Notes under the pieces: generated by a model
What the model was told of the DNA's origin: nothing
The model's input: the letters and a program-made list of their open reading frames with translations, nothing else
Database searches by the model: none
Assembly (NCBI GenBank): GCA_938002255.1
Contig: CALLAL010000003.1
Location: forward strand, 65,639 to 129,638
Source: an uncultured bacterium
GTDB taxonomy: Bacteria; Desulfobacterota; BSN033; UBA1163
DNA: 64,000 bases
Direction: 5' to 3'
Translations under genes and position numbers: made by a program
Shown: in pieces, positions 47,449 through 56,651 of the stretch
Layout of the letters: each line of letters starts with the position of its first letter
Position numbering within the stretch: the stretch's first letter is position 1

Positions 47449-48559
47449 AAGGATCCCCCTGAAGTTTGGCCCGATAACGGCATCCGCCCCTGCATTCCTC
47501 CATCACGGAGCAACTGCATCTCAATTGTTGCAACGGAATTCGCGGGACCCTTTCCCAGCAAGCCCGGAGTCCTTCGTCTATCGATCCCACAGGTTCTTCG
47601 CTGAAGAGACCGCACTTGGCGACCTTCCCATCAGGAAAGATGGCGCAGAGATGGGCGCCACAGGTCTGCTGATGCTCCGCGCTATGGAGTCCTCCACCAA
47701 AGGCATATCTTAAAAGAGGTCCTGCCTCCTTAGGTGAAACCCAGAGGTCTTGATGCTCCTCCAATCTTCCTGCAAGGCAGGGAACATCCACATTCCATTC
47801 TTCGATCTGCTTCGATTGGAGAAAGGAGGCTAGTTCATCAAACTCCGCTAAATTATCTCGATGAATCATCGTCGCGATCGAAACTTGAAGATGTGCCTCC
47901 TGGAGACGGTCAATGGCTCGAATGACTTTCTCAAACGTCCCCTCTCCTCGAAGGGATTCATGACCTTTTCTCATCCCATCGAGACTGAGTTGAACTTCAT
48001 GGACGCGAAGCTTTCGGGCATTGTCTTTGTTGATCAATGTACCGTTCGATAGCAAGACGGAACGAAATGGATAATCCCTCAAAACCTCATTGATCTCCCA
48101 GAAATGGGGATGGAGCAAGGGCTCTCCTCCCGAAAGCAGAAGCCTCAGCCCTTGAATTTCTTCAAATTCTTTTAATACCTTGCCTATCTTTTCAAAAGGC
48201 AAATCCTGACAGAGACCCTCTCCGAGATAGCAGTGGCGACAACAGAGGTTGCATCGGTCAGTAATCTGGAATTCCAGATACCGGAGAGAGGGAACCGGTG
48301 AGGGATGAACACAGATGTCTCTTCGGACTGGAGTGTCTGACATGAAAATGAGATTTTCGGAGAGACAGTATTGAATGAATGATTCGTCTTCTTCCTTTAC
48401 AGAAAGGAGTTCCCCTTGTGAACACTTCAGAAGAAATTGAAATGCCTCTTCCCCCAATTCGTAAAGATGGTCGTTTGCGATGTCATACAGATATGGTTCT
48501 TCAAGCCTCTTGAGCGCACAGTGGGGAGAAACCGAGAAGAACTTATTTGTGTAAGACAT
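47372..48559 (-). CDS. Radical SAM enzyme with C-terminal SPASM domain (peptide-modifying maturase)
   Basis: The CNLCCRHC radical SAM cluster motif is present. The C-terminal SPASM Cys set is CGAHLCAIFPDGKVAKCG...CSCSVMEECRGGC. Confidence 0.8.
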   Translation of the reverse strand: MSYTNKFFSVSPHCALKRLEEPYLYDIANDHLYELGEEAFQFLLKCSQGELLSVKEEDESFIQYCLSENLIFMSDTPVRRDICVHPSPVPSLRYLEFQITDRCNLCCRHCYLGEGLCQDLPFEKIGKVLKEFEEIQGLRLLLSGGEPLLHPHFWEINEVLRDYPFRSVLLSNGTLINKDNARKLRVHEVQLSLDGMRKGHESLRGEGTFEKVIRAIDRLQEAHLQVSIATMIHRDNLAEFDELASFLQSKQIEEWNVDVPCLAGRLEEHQDLWVSPKEAGPLLRYAFGGGLHSAEHQQTCGAHLCAIFPDGKVAKCGLFSEEPVGSIDEGLRACWERVPRIPLQQLRCSCSVMEECRGGCRYRAKLQGDPFAPDLFQCCARGVFREESGEGESKK

Positions 48560-48707
48560 GTTCGATCTCTTCTGGAGTCAGGGTCCCATTTTCGAGCAGG
48601 CTTTTCAAGATCTTGAAAGCACCGCATTCCAGATCTTTCTCAGACTCCTTGTAAAAATCGCAGTGGGAGCAAATCAGATGGATAAGAGATTCTTTGTCCA
48701 GGCTCAT
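48543..48707 (-). CDS. Small PqqD-like protein (candidate RiPP recognition element)
   Basis: ECGAFKILKSLLENGTLTPEEIEHVL resembles the PqqD motif (LNETG..IW.LLDG..T..EI). It is 55-70 aa long and overlaps the rSAM start by 17 nt. Confidence 0.45.
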   Translation of the reverse strand: MSLDKESLIHLICSHCDFYKESEKDLECGAFKILKSLLENGTLTPEEIEHVLHK

Positions 48708-48871
48708 CAACAAACCTCTAAACCTATTTATAATCTTAAAAATCCATTCAATCAAGATGAGCCATTCAACATTCCTTTTGGGTTGAGAGGATGAACTCGT
48801 CTGACTTGTACAGACTATTTACCATCTAAATGAAATTGAATGATTCACCCTATTTCACCTACGACTTGACA

Positions 48872-48890
48872 AATGCAACATTGTTGCATT
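48872..48890. promoter_or_regulatory. Perfect 19-bp palindrome AATGCAACATTGTTGCATT, a candidate Fur-family (Zur) box, abutting a TTGACA -35
   Basis: It is a 9-1-9 palindrome. It sits immediately after TTGACA (48866-48871) and 24 nt upstream of the regulator ATG at 48914. It lies in the divergent region shared with the rSAM cluster. Confidence 0.5.
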
Positions 48891-48913
48891 ATCCTGATTT
48901 TAGGATTGGTCAC

Positions 48914-49339
48914 ATGAGAAATGGCCCGAGTAAGATTTTTCTTAGACTTCAAAAGCAGGGGGTTCGGCTTACCCGGGCTCGGGGGGCTATTATTGATCTT
49001 CTGATCAAGAAGCAAACTTTCCTTTCCTTAGCAGACCTTAAGAAGGGCTTGGAAAGAAAGAAGGTTAGGGCTGACCGGACGACCCTTTACAGGGAAATCC
49101 TCTTTTTAAAACAACAGGGTATGATCTGTGAAATACCGATGGGCGGAGGAAAAAAAGGATACAAGATCTGCGAGGATGGCCATCATCACCATCTCATCTG
49201 CATCCGATGTAATAAGGTTGAAGAGATTGCGTTGAAGAACACCCTGGCCCCTCAGGAGAAAGAAATCGCTCGACTAAGGGGTTTCATGGTTTTGGAACAT
49301 CTGCTCGAATTTTACGGGTTTTGTGAGGATTGCCAATAA
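48914..49339 (+). CDS. Fur family transcriptional regulator (Zur-like by genomic context)
   Basis: It has a winged-helix N-terminus. HHHLICIRCNKVEE and C..C at the C-terminus are Fur-family metal sites. It heads an operon with znuACB. Confidence 0.75.
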   Translation: MRNGPSKIFLRLQKQGVRLTRARGAIIDLLIKKQTFLSLADLKKGLERKKVRADRTTLYREILFLKQQGMICEIPMGGGKKGYKICEDGHHHHLICIRCNKVEEIALKNTLAPQEKEIARLRGFMVLEHLLEFYGFCEDCQ

Positions 49340-49617
49340 TGCGCTGGTCTGAATCTGTTTTCATCAAGTGTGCTTTCATTTTGTTGGGGTTATTTAGCCT
49401 TGGCCTCCTTGTCTCCGTTTTTCATCATCATGAGGATGGATTGTCTCATGAGACCTGCCTCCTCTGTGTTCTGATAGCCCATCAAACGGATATGGCGATT
49501 CAGCATGAAGATCCCGCGTTCCTGCCTAATGCCCATCTTCTTTTTTCATCGAACATAGACCCCACCTTTCTTTCAACTTCCCATCAAACATTCCTGATCC
49601 GAGCTCCTCCTGCATAA
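49339..49617 (+). CDS. Small membrane protein with an HHH/Cys motif, translationally coupled to the Fur-family gene (TAATG overlap)
   Basis: One TM helix is followed by VFHHHEDGLSHETCLLCVLIAHQ. Confidence 0.4.
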   Translation: MRWSESVFIKCAFILLGLFSLGLLVSVFHHHEDGLSHETCLLCVLIAHQTDMAIQHEDPAFLPNAHLLFSSNIDPTFLSTSHQTFLIRAPPA

Positions 49618-49666
49618 TCTTGTTCCTCTCGTAAGCCATACTTTTTCGGATAAGGAGGTGTTTGTT

Positions 49667-50680
49667 ATGCCTACCCGTCAGCTGAACTGGGTTGTTGTAG
49701 TCGTCTCTATTTTGATTGTCATTTTTACATCTGTCTCTTGCCAGAAGAAAGAACAAGAGGCAGTAAAAGGTAAGAAGATCAAAGTCATCACCACCCTCTT
49801 TCCTCTTTACGATTTTGCTAAAAACATAGGTCAGGATAAGGCCGAGGTTGTTCTTTTGTTACCCCCTGGTGTTGAACCCCACAGTTTTGAACCTAAACCC
49901 GAGGATATCGTTCGAATTAACAAAGCTGATCTCTTTGTCTTTACGGGCAAATATATGGAGCCCTGGGCAGAGGATGTTCTGAAAGGATTGGATCACAAGA
50001 ATCTGATCGTGGTCGATTCCTCTCATGGGATCTCCTTGATGGAGGAAAAGGGGAAACATGAACACCCACATGGCCACCAGCACGAACATAAAGAAGTCCA
50101 TGGTCACAAAGAGGACCACACACATCAGCATAAGGAAGGACACCATCATCAGATGGATCCTCATTTCTGGCTCGATTTTGGTCATGCCCAAAAGATGATA
50201 GATCATATCCTTGAGGGTTTCGTTCAAAAAGATCCTTCCCATAAGGAGTTCTATCTCCAAAATGCCGAACGATACAAGTCGAGGTTGAACGAACTTGACC
50301 TAAAATTCAAAGAGGTCCTCTCTCGTTGCAAGAAAAAGGTGTTTGTCCACGCCGGGCACTTCGCCTTCGGGTACCTGGCAAAAAGATACGGCCTGGAATA
50401 TGTTTCTGCCTATGGTTTTTCTCCCGATGCGGAACCCTCTCCACAAAAAATGGTTGAGCTGACAAAGACCCTGAAAAAGCATGGCCTTCAGCATATTTAT
50501 CATGAGGAGTTGATCACCCCAAGGGTAGCAGAAACCCTCGCCAAAGAGACCAAAGCTTCTCTATTGAAGCTTCATGGAGCACATAATCTGACCAAAGACG
50601 AATTGGATAAGGGAATTACTTTTATTTCCCTGATGGAGGAAAACCTCAAGAGCCTGGAGGTTGGGCTCCAATGTCAGTAA
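49667..50680 (+). CDS. znuA: Zinc ABC transporter substrate-binding lipoprotein with His-rich loop
   Basis: A lipobox is present. The His-rich loop reads HEHPHGHQHEHKEVHGHKEDHTHQHKEGHHHQ. The fold is TroA/ZnuA-like. An AAGGAGG SD precedes it. Confidence 0.85.
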   Translation: MPTRQLNWVVVVVSILIVIFTSVSCQKKEQEAVKGKKIKVITTLFPLYDFAKNIGQDKAEVVLLLPPGVEPHSFEPKPEDIVRINKADLFVFTGKYMEPWAEDVLKGLDHKNLIVVDSSHGISLMEEKGKHEHPHGHQHEHKEVHGHKEDHTHQHKEGHHHQMDPHFWLDFGHAQKMIDHILEGFVQKDPSHKEFYLQNAERYKSRLNELDLKFKEVLSRCKKKVFVHAGHFAFGYLAKRYGLEYVSAYGFSPDAEPSPQKMVELTKTLKKHGLQHIYHEELITPRVAETLAKETKASLLKLHGAHNLTKDELDKGITFISLMEENLKSLEVGLQCQ

Positions 50681-51426
50681 GTGTGGTATCCGTCAGAAAT
50701 CTCTCGTTCCGCTATAATTCTGAAGAAGTATTGGCTAACATATCCTTCGAAGTTGGCCAGGGGGATTATGTCGGCCTTGTGGGACCAAATGGTTCCGGCA
50801 AAACGACGCTAATCCGTAACCTGCTCGGACTCCTCAAGCCGTCCGCAGGAGCCGTGTCTCTATTTGGGAAGAGCCTTTTGGATTTCCACGAATGGCATAA
50901 GGTCGGTTATCTTTCCCAGAAATTCATAACTTCCTATCACCACTTTCCGGCAACGGTGAGAGAAGTTGTTTCTATGGGGCTCCTCTCCACCAAGAGATTT
51001 CCAAAGCGGATGGGACCTCCTGATGACAGAGCGGTAGAGAAAGCTCTGGCATGTATGGGAATCCTCGACCTGAAAAACAGACTGATTCATGAGCTCTCCG
51101 GAGGACAGCAGCAGAGGGTTTTCATCGCACGAACCATAGTAAACGAACCCGAGCTTCTGATCCTTGACGAACCGACGGCGGCAGTCGACCCGGAGACAAG
51201 AGAACGATTTTTTAGCCTCCTGAGAGACCTTCATCATCAGAAGCAAACTACCATTATCCTGGTGACCCACGATATCGGAAGTATTGGGAAATACGCTTCC
51301 AAGATGATGTTCCTGGATAAGAGGGCCATCTTTTACGGGTCGTTTGAAGCCTTCTGTCAGTCTGTGGAAATGACGAATCTTTTTGGAAGTCTCTCTCAAC
51401 ATCTCATTTGTCACAGGCACGGGTAA
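50671..51426 (+). CDS. znuC: Zinc ABC transporter ATP-binding protein
   Basis: Walker A GPNGSGKTT, signature LSGGQQQRV and Walker B LILDEP are present. Confidence 0.85.
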   Translation: MSVSVVSVRNLSFRYNSEEVLANISFEVGQGDYVGLVGPNGSGKTTLIRNLLGLLKPSAGAVSLFGKSLLDFHEWHKVGYLSQKFITSYHHFPATVREVVSMGLLSTKRFPKRMGPPDDRAVEKALACMGILDLKNRLIHELSGGQQQRVFIARTIVNEPELLILDEPTAAVDPETRERFFSLLRDLHHQKQTTIILVTHDIGSIGKYASKMMFLDKRAIFYGSFEAFCQSVEMTNLFGSLSQHLICHRHG

Positions 51427-51429
51427 CGT

Positions 51430-52260
51430 ATGGAGATGATCGATTTCTTGGGGTATGGGTTTATCCAAAGGGCATTGATTACCGGTTTTTTTATCGCCCT
51501 CCTCTGTTCTTGTCTCGGATTCTTTCTGGTTCTGAGGCGTCTCTCTCTGATTGGCGATGGTTTGGCCCATGTCACCTTTGGAAGTGTAGCCGTGGCGCTG
51601 TTTTTAAAAACCTTTGCTCTCTATGTATCCATTCCACTGGTTATGATCAGCGCCCTGGGGATCTTAAGGTTGATTGAAAGGGCAAAATTACACGGTGATG
51701 CCGCTATCGGAATCGTCTCGTCGCTTGGGATTGCCATGGGAATCCTCCTAGCGAGCCTGGCCGGAGGATTTAACGTCGATCTCTTCAGTTATCTCTTCGG
51801 AAACATCTTGGCGATTAGCCAGGAGGAGATGGTCTCCTCGATCCTTCTCTCCGGGGTTGCTCTATTACTTGTTGTTTTTTTCTATCATGACCTTTTGTCC
51901 ACCACGTTTGATGAAGAATCGGCAAAGACCGGAGGAATTAAAACCAGGAGAATCAATACGATTCTCTTTCTTTTGACCGCTGTGACTGTGGTCTTAACCA
52001 TGAAAGCTGTAGGCATTTTATTGACCTCTGCACTTCTGATTCTACCGGCAGTCACCTCGTTACAGATTTTAAAAGGTTTCAAAGCATCCCTTCTGATCTC
52101 GTCGCTGATTGGTGTTCTGTCGGTCGTTGGGGGAATCTTTATCTCTTTTGGGTTGAATCTACCAACAGGTGCAACCATCGTTTTGTTTAACTTTTGTATC
52201 TTTGTGGGCATGTTTGTCTATGGGAAGCAAAAAGCAGAAAAAAAGGAGGAGCGACCATGA
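51430..52260 (+). CDS. znuB: Zinc ABC transporter permease
   Basis: A 276-aa polytopic membrane protein of the ZnuB/TroCD family. Confidence 0.85.
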   Translation: MEMIDFLGYGFIQRALITGFFIALLCSCLGFFLVLRRLSLIGDGLAHVTFGSVAVALFLKTFALYVSIPLVMISALGILRLIERAKLHGDAAIGIVSSLGIAMGILLASLAGGFNVDLFSYLFGNILAISQEEMVSSILLSGVALLLVVFFYHDLLSTTFDEESAKTGGIKTRRINTILFLLTAVTVVLTMKAVGILLTSALLILPAVTSLQILKGFKASLLISSLIGVLSVVGGIFISFGLNLPTGATIVLFNFCIFVGMFVYGKQKAEKKEERP

Positions 52261-53810
52261 AGATCTTTATTATGGTTTCACTATTGATGTTTTTGCTCTA
52301 TCAAAATGTTTCTGGCCAAAATCTGGAAGAGCGGATCAAGGTCCTTGAGGAAGCTTTAAGAAAACAGGAACAGACAATCCGGGAACAACAGAAGCTCATT
52401 GAGGAATTAATAGCGGATATGGAGCGACAAAAAACTACGAAGCCGCAAGAGGTAGCCCGGCCAAAAGAAACGGCCCCTCCTGCTGAGGCGGAATCAATGA
52501 AACCGTCCACCCTGGAGAGGGTAAAAGAGGTTCTTCTTCCCAAGGAAGGGGAACCGAAAAAGGACATCCTTTCCTACCAAGTAGGTGGAACGACTCTGCG
52601 CCTGATAGATATTTCCTTTGATGTCCTGGTGGCTACCGGCGCTTCAACCGTGCGCGATGAGCCATTAGGAATTCTCCAAGGAGGAGGGCATGACCCCCGA
52701 AAACGGGGATTTACCGTCCAGAATGTTGAACTTTCATTTATTGGTGCGGTCGATCCTTACTTGAATGCAGAAGCCCATCTTATCTACTTCCTGGATCCGA
52801 TCAGTGGGGAATCAAAATTTGAGTTAGAGGAAGCTTTTTTTACGACCCGAAAATTACCCTTTGGGCTCCTGTTGAAAGGCGGACATTTCTTAACAGAATT
52901 TGGAATAATCAATTCCCAGCATCCCCATCAATGGCAGTGGCAGGATGCCCCACTTATCAATACGCGTCTTTTCGGACCTGACGGGATGAGAGGCCCTGGC
53001 GCGCGATTAGCCTGGCTCACTCCTCTTCCCTGGTTCTCTGAAGTCTATTTGGGAGTACAAAATGCCAATGGTGAGACCATGGCCAGCTTCCTGGCCAATG
53101 ACGAATTTTTTGAAGAACGACCGATCGGTGGTCGACCTTTTGTCGATCGTGATGTTAGAAACCTGAAAGATCTGGTCTATCTCGGCCGCTGGAGCAATTT
53201 CTGGAATCTTACGGATGAGTTAACTATGAAGATGGGACTGTCAGGATTATACGGGCCCAATGCCACCGGACCAAAGGGCCAGACCCTGATCTATGGGGCC
53301 GATCTTAAATTGAAATGGCGCCCCACCCATCATTTTCGGGGCTGGCCATTTCTCCTCTTCGAGTCGGAGATCATGAAGCGTGATTACCGTGCCGATCGTT
53401 TCTTCGATTTAGGACCCGATGGCATCAGCGAAACGCCAGACGACATTTTACTTCCCAAGCAGACCCTGAAGGATTGGGGATTCTATGCCCAGTTACTCTG
53501 GGGATTTCGTCCCCGTTGGGCCACAGGAGTCCGGTTTGAGTATGCAAGTGGGAGTAAGGATAGTGTCGACGTTGATTTCCTATCAGGGACGGTGGATATC
53601 CTCCGGAGAAACCAGGACCCTTTGCGGAACAACCGTTATCGAATCTCTCCTCTGCTAGCCTGGCACCCCACGGAGTTTTCACGGTTTCGACTGCAGTATA
53701 ACTATGATCGATTTTCGAAAAGAATCCAAGACTTTGGAGGCCGGGACGCCCACTCAGTCTGGTTAGGAGTAGAGTTTATGCTCGGAGCCCATGCCGCTCA
53801 TAAGTATTAA
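52257..53810 (+). CDS. Putative outer-membrane channel with N-terminal coiled coil (porin-like), part of the zinc operon
   Basis: A signal peptide is present. The coiled-coil segment reads LEERIKVLEEALRKQEQTIREQQKLIEELIADMERQ. It is followed by a region with alternating aromatic residues that ends ...AHKY. An ATGA overlap links it to znuB. Confidence 0.45.
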   Translation: MKIFIMVSLLMFLLYQNVSGQNLEERIKVLEEALRKQEQTIREQQKLIEELIADMERQKTTKPQEVARPKETAPPAEAESMKPSTLERVKEVLLPKEGEPKKDILSYQVGGTTLRLIDISFDVLVATGASTVRDEPLGILQGGGHDPRKRGFTVQNVELSFIGAVDPYLNAEAHLIYFLDPISGESKFELEEAFFTTRKLPFGLLLKGGHFLTEFGIINSQHPHQWQWQDAPLINTRLFGPDGMRGPGARLAWLTPLPWFSEVYLGVQNANGETMASFLANDEFFEERPIGGRPFVDRDVRNLKDLVYLGRWSNFWNLTDELTMKMGLSGLYGPNATGPKGQTLIYGADLKLKWRPTHHFRGWPFLLFESEIMKRDYRADRFFDLGPDGISETPDDILLPKQTLKDWGFYAQLLWGFRPRWATGVRFEYASGSKDSVDVDFLSGTVDILRRNQDPLRNNRYRISPLLAWHPTEFSRFRLQYNYDRFSKRIQDFGGRDAHSVWLGVEFMLGAHAAHKY

Positions 53811-53828
53811 AAAGAAAGGAGTCATCTT

Positions 53829-54881
53829 ATGCGAAATACATTAACGGGGATTTCCTTGGGTTTTGTCCTTCCATTTCTTCTTTTTTTATTGATGGTTATC
53901 CCTTCCATTGTTCATGCACAGGGGGACCTCAGACCTCTTCGGGTCTGCGCTACGGTTCCTGATCTCGGCGATCTTGTCCGGGAAATCGGAGGTGATCAGG
54001 TTTCGATTACAGTGTTCGCCAAGGGGAGAGAAGATCCGCATTTCATTGAGGCAAAACCCAGCTTCATAAAAGCTCTGAGTCAGGCCGATCTTTTTTTACA
54101 GATTGGGATGGAGCTGGAGATGGGATGGGTTCCGGTCTTACTGCAGAATGCCCGCAATGGACGCGTCCTCCCCGGAGCGACGGGACATCTGGATGCATCC
54201 AGGGTAATTCAACCAATGGAGGTTCCAACGGGAATCGTGGATCGTTCCTTGGGTGATGTACATCCGACAGGGAATCCCCATTATCTTCTGGACCCGCTGA
54301 ACGGACTTCAGGTGGCACGAATGATCACCGACAAGCTAATTGAAATCCGGCCCGAAAAAAAATCTTTCTTCGAAGAAAGGTATCGGGTATTATATAGGAA
54401 GATGGGAAATGCCATGGCAGGGGAGCGACTGGCAGGAAAGTATGAATTTGAGAAACTCGCCCTATTATTTTCTGAAAATCACCTATCAGAATTTCTAAAG
54501 GAACGAAGAGAAGAAAATGTTCTGGGAGGCTGGTTGGGAAGAATGCTTCCTCTGATTGGAATGAAAGCGGTGGCTGACCATAACTTGTGGCCCTATTTTG
54601 CCCGACGATTTGGAATATCAGTTGTAGGTTTTTTGGAACCCAAGCCCGGGATTCCTCCCACTACCAGACATCTTCAGACGATTGTAGAAAAAATGAAGTC
54701 AGAGGGAATCAAATTGATATTAGCTTCACCCTATTTCGATATACGTCATGCCCAATTTGTTTCAAAAAACGCAGGGGCTAAGGTCGTTCCGATGGCCCAT
54801 CAGGTTGATTCCCGGCCAAGCACGAAGAACTACTTGAGTATGATCGACTACAATGTCCGGCAGGTTTCTGAAGCATTTTAG
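53829..54881 (+). CDS. Second metal ABC transporter substrate-binding protein (TroA/ZnuA-like, no His-rich loop)
   Basis: A signal peptide precedes a cluster-9 substrate-binding fold with metal-binding His and Asp positions. Confidence 0.75.
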   Translation: MRNTLTGISLGFVLPFLLFLLMVIPSIVHAQGDLRPLRVCATVPDLGDLVREIGGDQVSITVFAKGREDPHFIEAKPSFIKALSQADLFLQIGMELEMGWVPVLLQNARNGRVLPGATGHLDASRVIQPMEVPTGIVDRSLGDVHPTGNPHYLLDPLNGLQVARMITDKLIEIRPEKKSFFEERYRVLYRKMGNAMAGERLAGKYEFEKLALLFSENHLSEFLKERREENVLGGWLGRMLPLIGMKAVADHNLWPYFARRFGISVVGFLEPKPGIPPTTRHLQTIVEKMKSEGIKLILASPYFDIRHAQFVSKNAGAKVVPMAHQVDSRPSTKNYLSMIDYNVRQVSEAF

Positions 54882-54924
54882 CAAGACAGAGGCCAACGAG
54901 GACGGACACGGATGGGTTAACAGG

Positions 54925-55710
54925 ATGAAGCAATCAAATATGGAACCTCATACATTTATTTTTAAAATGAACGGTCTCTCCCTTGCCTATGGGGACCGTA
55001 GCATCCTCAAAAACGTCAATCTGACCGTCAGGCCCGGTGAGTTCTGGTTTCTGCTTGGCCCAAACGGTGCGGGGAAAACCACTCTTCTCAAAGCCCTGTT
55101 AGGAGTTCTCCCTCCAAAGGGAGGGACAATCGACCTAAATCCCAAGCTCGCCCGGGGGGAATTTATTGGATTTGTGCCTCAGCGCTGTGATTTCAACCCA
55201 TCCCTTCCAACCACTGTTAGGGAGTTTGTCTCCTTAGGTCTTGCCGGAATTACGATCCATAAGCAGGAGAGAGCCGAGCGGCTTTTCTGGGCTCTTGAGA
55301 AGATGAATCTAACAGGCATGGAAGGGAAGAATTACTGGTCTCTCTCAGGTGGACAGAGACAGCGAGCCCTGGTGGCACGGGCTCTTATCCGCCGTCCCGG
55401 ATTTCTCATTGCTGATGAACCAACGAAAGACCTTGACCTTCCAGCGGCCAACGCCCTCATGGAATCCTTAACCGATCTCAACCGGGCGGAGAATCTTACG
55501 ATTCTCTTCGTTACCCATGATTTGACGCTGGCTGCTCGATATGCTACCCATATTGCCCTTTTTGTGGACGGCCTCGTCCAGGTGGGACAGAATCCAGCCA
55601 TCCTAAACCCGGATTGCCTTAAACGGACTTACGGGGTTCCGGTGTCGGTTTTTGAAGAGCCTTCGGGAGGTCTCTGTGTGCGTCTTCATAGAAAGGAGAG
55701 GAGAGTTTGA
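54925..55710 (+). CDS. Metal ABC transporter ATP-binding protein (second set)
   Basis: Walker A GPNGAGKTT, signature LSGGQRQRA and Walker B LIADEP are present. Confidence 0.75.
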   Translation: MKQSNMEPHTFIFKMNGLSLAYGDRSILKNVNLTVRPGEFWFLLGPNGAGKTTLLKALLGVLPPKGGTIDLNPKLARGEFIGFVPQRCDFNPSLPTTVREFVSLGLAGITIHKQERAERLFWALEKMNLTGMEGKNYWSLSGGQRQRALVARALIRRPGFLIADEPTKDLDLPAANALMESLTDLNRAENLTILFVTHDLTLAARYATHIALFVDGLVQVGQNPAILNPDCLKRTYGVPVSVFEEPSGGLCVRLHRKERRV

Positions 55711-56579
55711 TTGAAAATTTCCTTTCCTCCTGGGATCTGTTTTTCCAGAGCTACCTGTCAGGATGGTTGATCAGTTTCCTGCTTTCGATCATCGGGGTTC
55801 TGGTGGTGGCAAGGGATCAGATCTTCATCGGCGCGGCCATCTCCCAGGCCTCAACGCTGGGAGTGGCCCTGGCCCTTTGGGCAGGGGCTTTCTTTCATGA
55901 GGGTGACTTCACCTTCCTTCATTCGACTGCCTTCCCATCAGCAATGGCTGTCATTTTTTCAGTTATTGCAGCCTCCCTCACAGGTCGGGGAGGGGCGACG
56001 TCCAAGGAGAGCCACGAAGCCATTACGGGATGGGTTTTTCTGATCTCGGCAAGCCTGGCCATTCTTCTTGTTTCCCGAAGCCCCCACGGACTGGAGGAAG
56101 TCTATCGCCTCCTTTCATCAAGTCTGATCGGGGCTACGGCAACGGATGTTTTGGTCTTTGGCATCCTAACCCTTATCACTGTCGTTCTCATCTCAGTGTT
56201 TTACCGAAAAATCGTTCTCTTTGCCCTGGATTCCTCCATGGCGATGGCTATTGGCATGAAGCTCAAATTCTGGGGTATGATCACCTCGGCTTGGCTCGGT
56301 CTTGCGATTGGTCTTTCCATCAGGGCTTCTGGAATGCTTTACACCTTTGGCTGTCTCATCCTTCCGGCTCTGATCGCTAAGAATTTATGCCGGGAGATCC
56401 GATGGATGTTTTTAATCGCACCGTTTATCGCCTTGGGAACAGGATGGATAGGTTTTCTATTAGCACACCATTTCGACTATCCGCCGGGGCAGCTGACTGT
56501 AGCATTATTCTGCATCCTCCTGTTGATCGCATGGATATTTCGCTGGTCCAGAGTGGAATCATGTCAGGGAATCCAGTAA
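55707..56579 (+). CDS. Metal ABC transporter permease (second set)
   Basis: A 290-aa polytopic protein of the ZnuB/TroD family. Confidence 0.8.
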   Translation: MIENFLSSWDLFFQSYLSGWLISFLLSIIGVLVVARDQIFIGAAISQASTLGVALALWAGAFFHEGDFTFLHSTAFPSAMAVIFSVIAASLTGRGGATSKESHEAITGWVFLISASLAILLVSRSPHGLEEVYRLLSSSLIGATATDVLVFGILTLITVVLISVFYRKIVLFALDSSMAMAIGMKLKFWGMITSAWLGLAIGLSIRASGMLYTFGCLILPALIAKNLCREIRWMFLIAPFIALGTGWIGFLLAHHFDYPPGQLTVALFCILLLIAWIFRWSRVESCQGIQ

Positions 56580-56651
56580 GCCCTGGGGGATTTCCCGACG
56601 GACCTCTTGGGCTAACTCGTAGTTGATTTGTCAGAATGAGAGGCGAAGAAC

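Noticed and set aside
52194-52256. N-terminal extension of the outer-membrane protein ORF (MYLCGHVCLWEAKSRKKGGAT)
   Set aside because: It overlaps the end of znuB. The downstream ATG at 52257 has a GGAGGAGCGACC SD and is followed immediately by a signal peptide. That is the real start.
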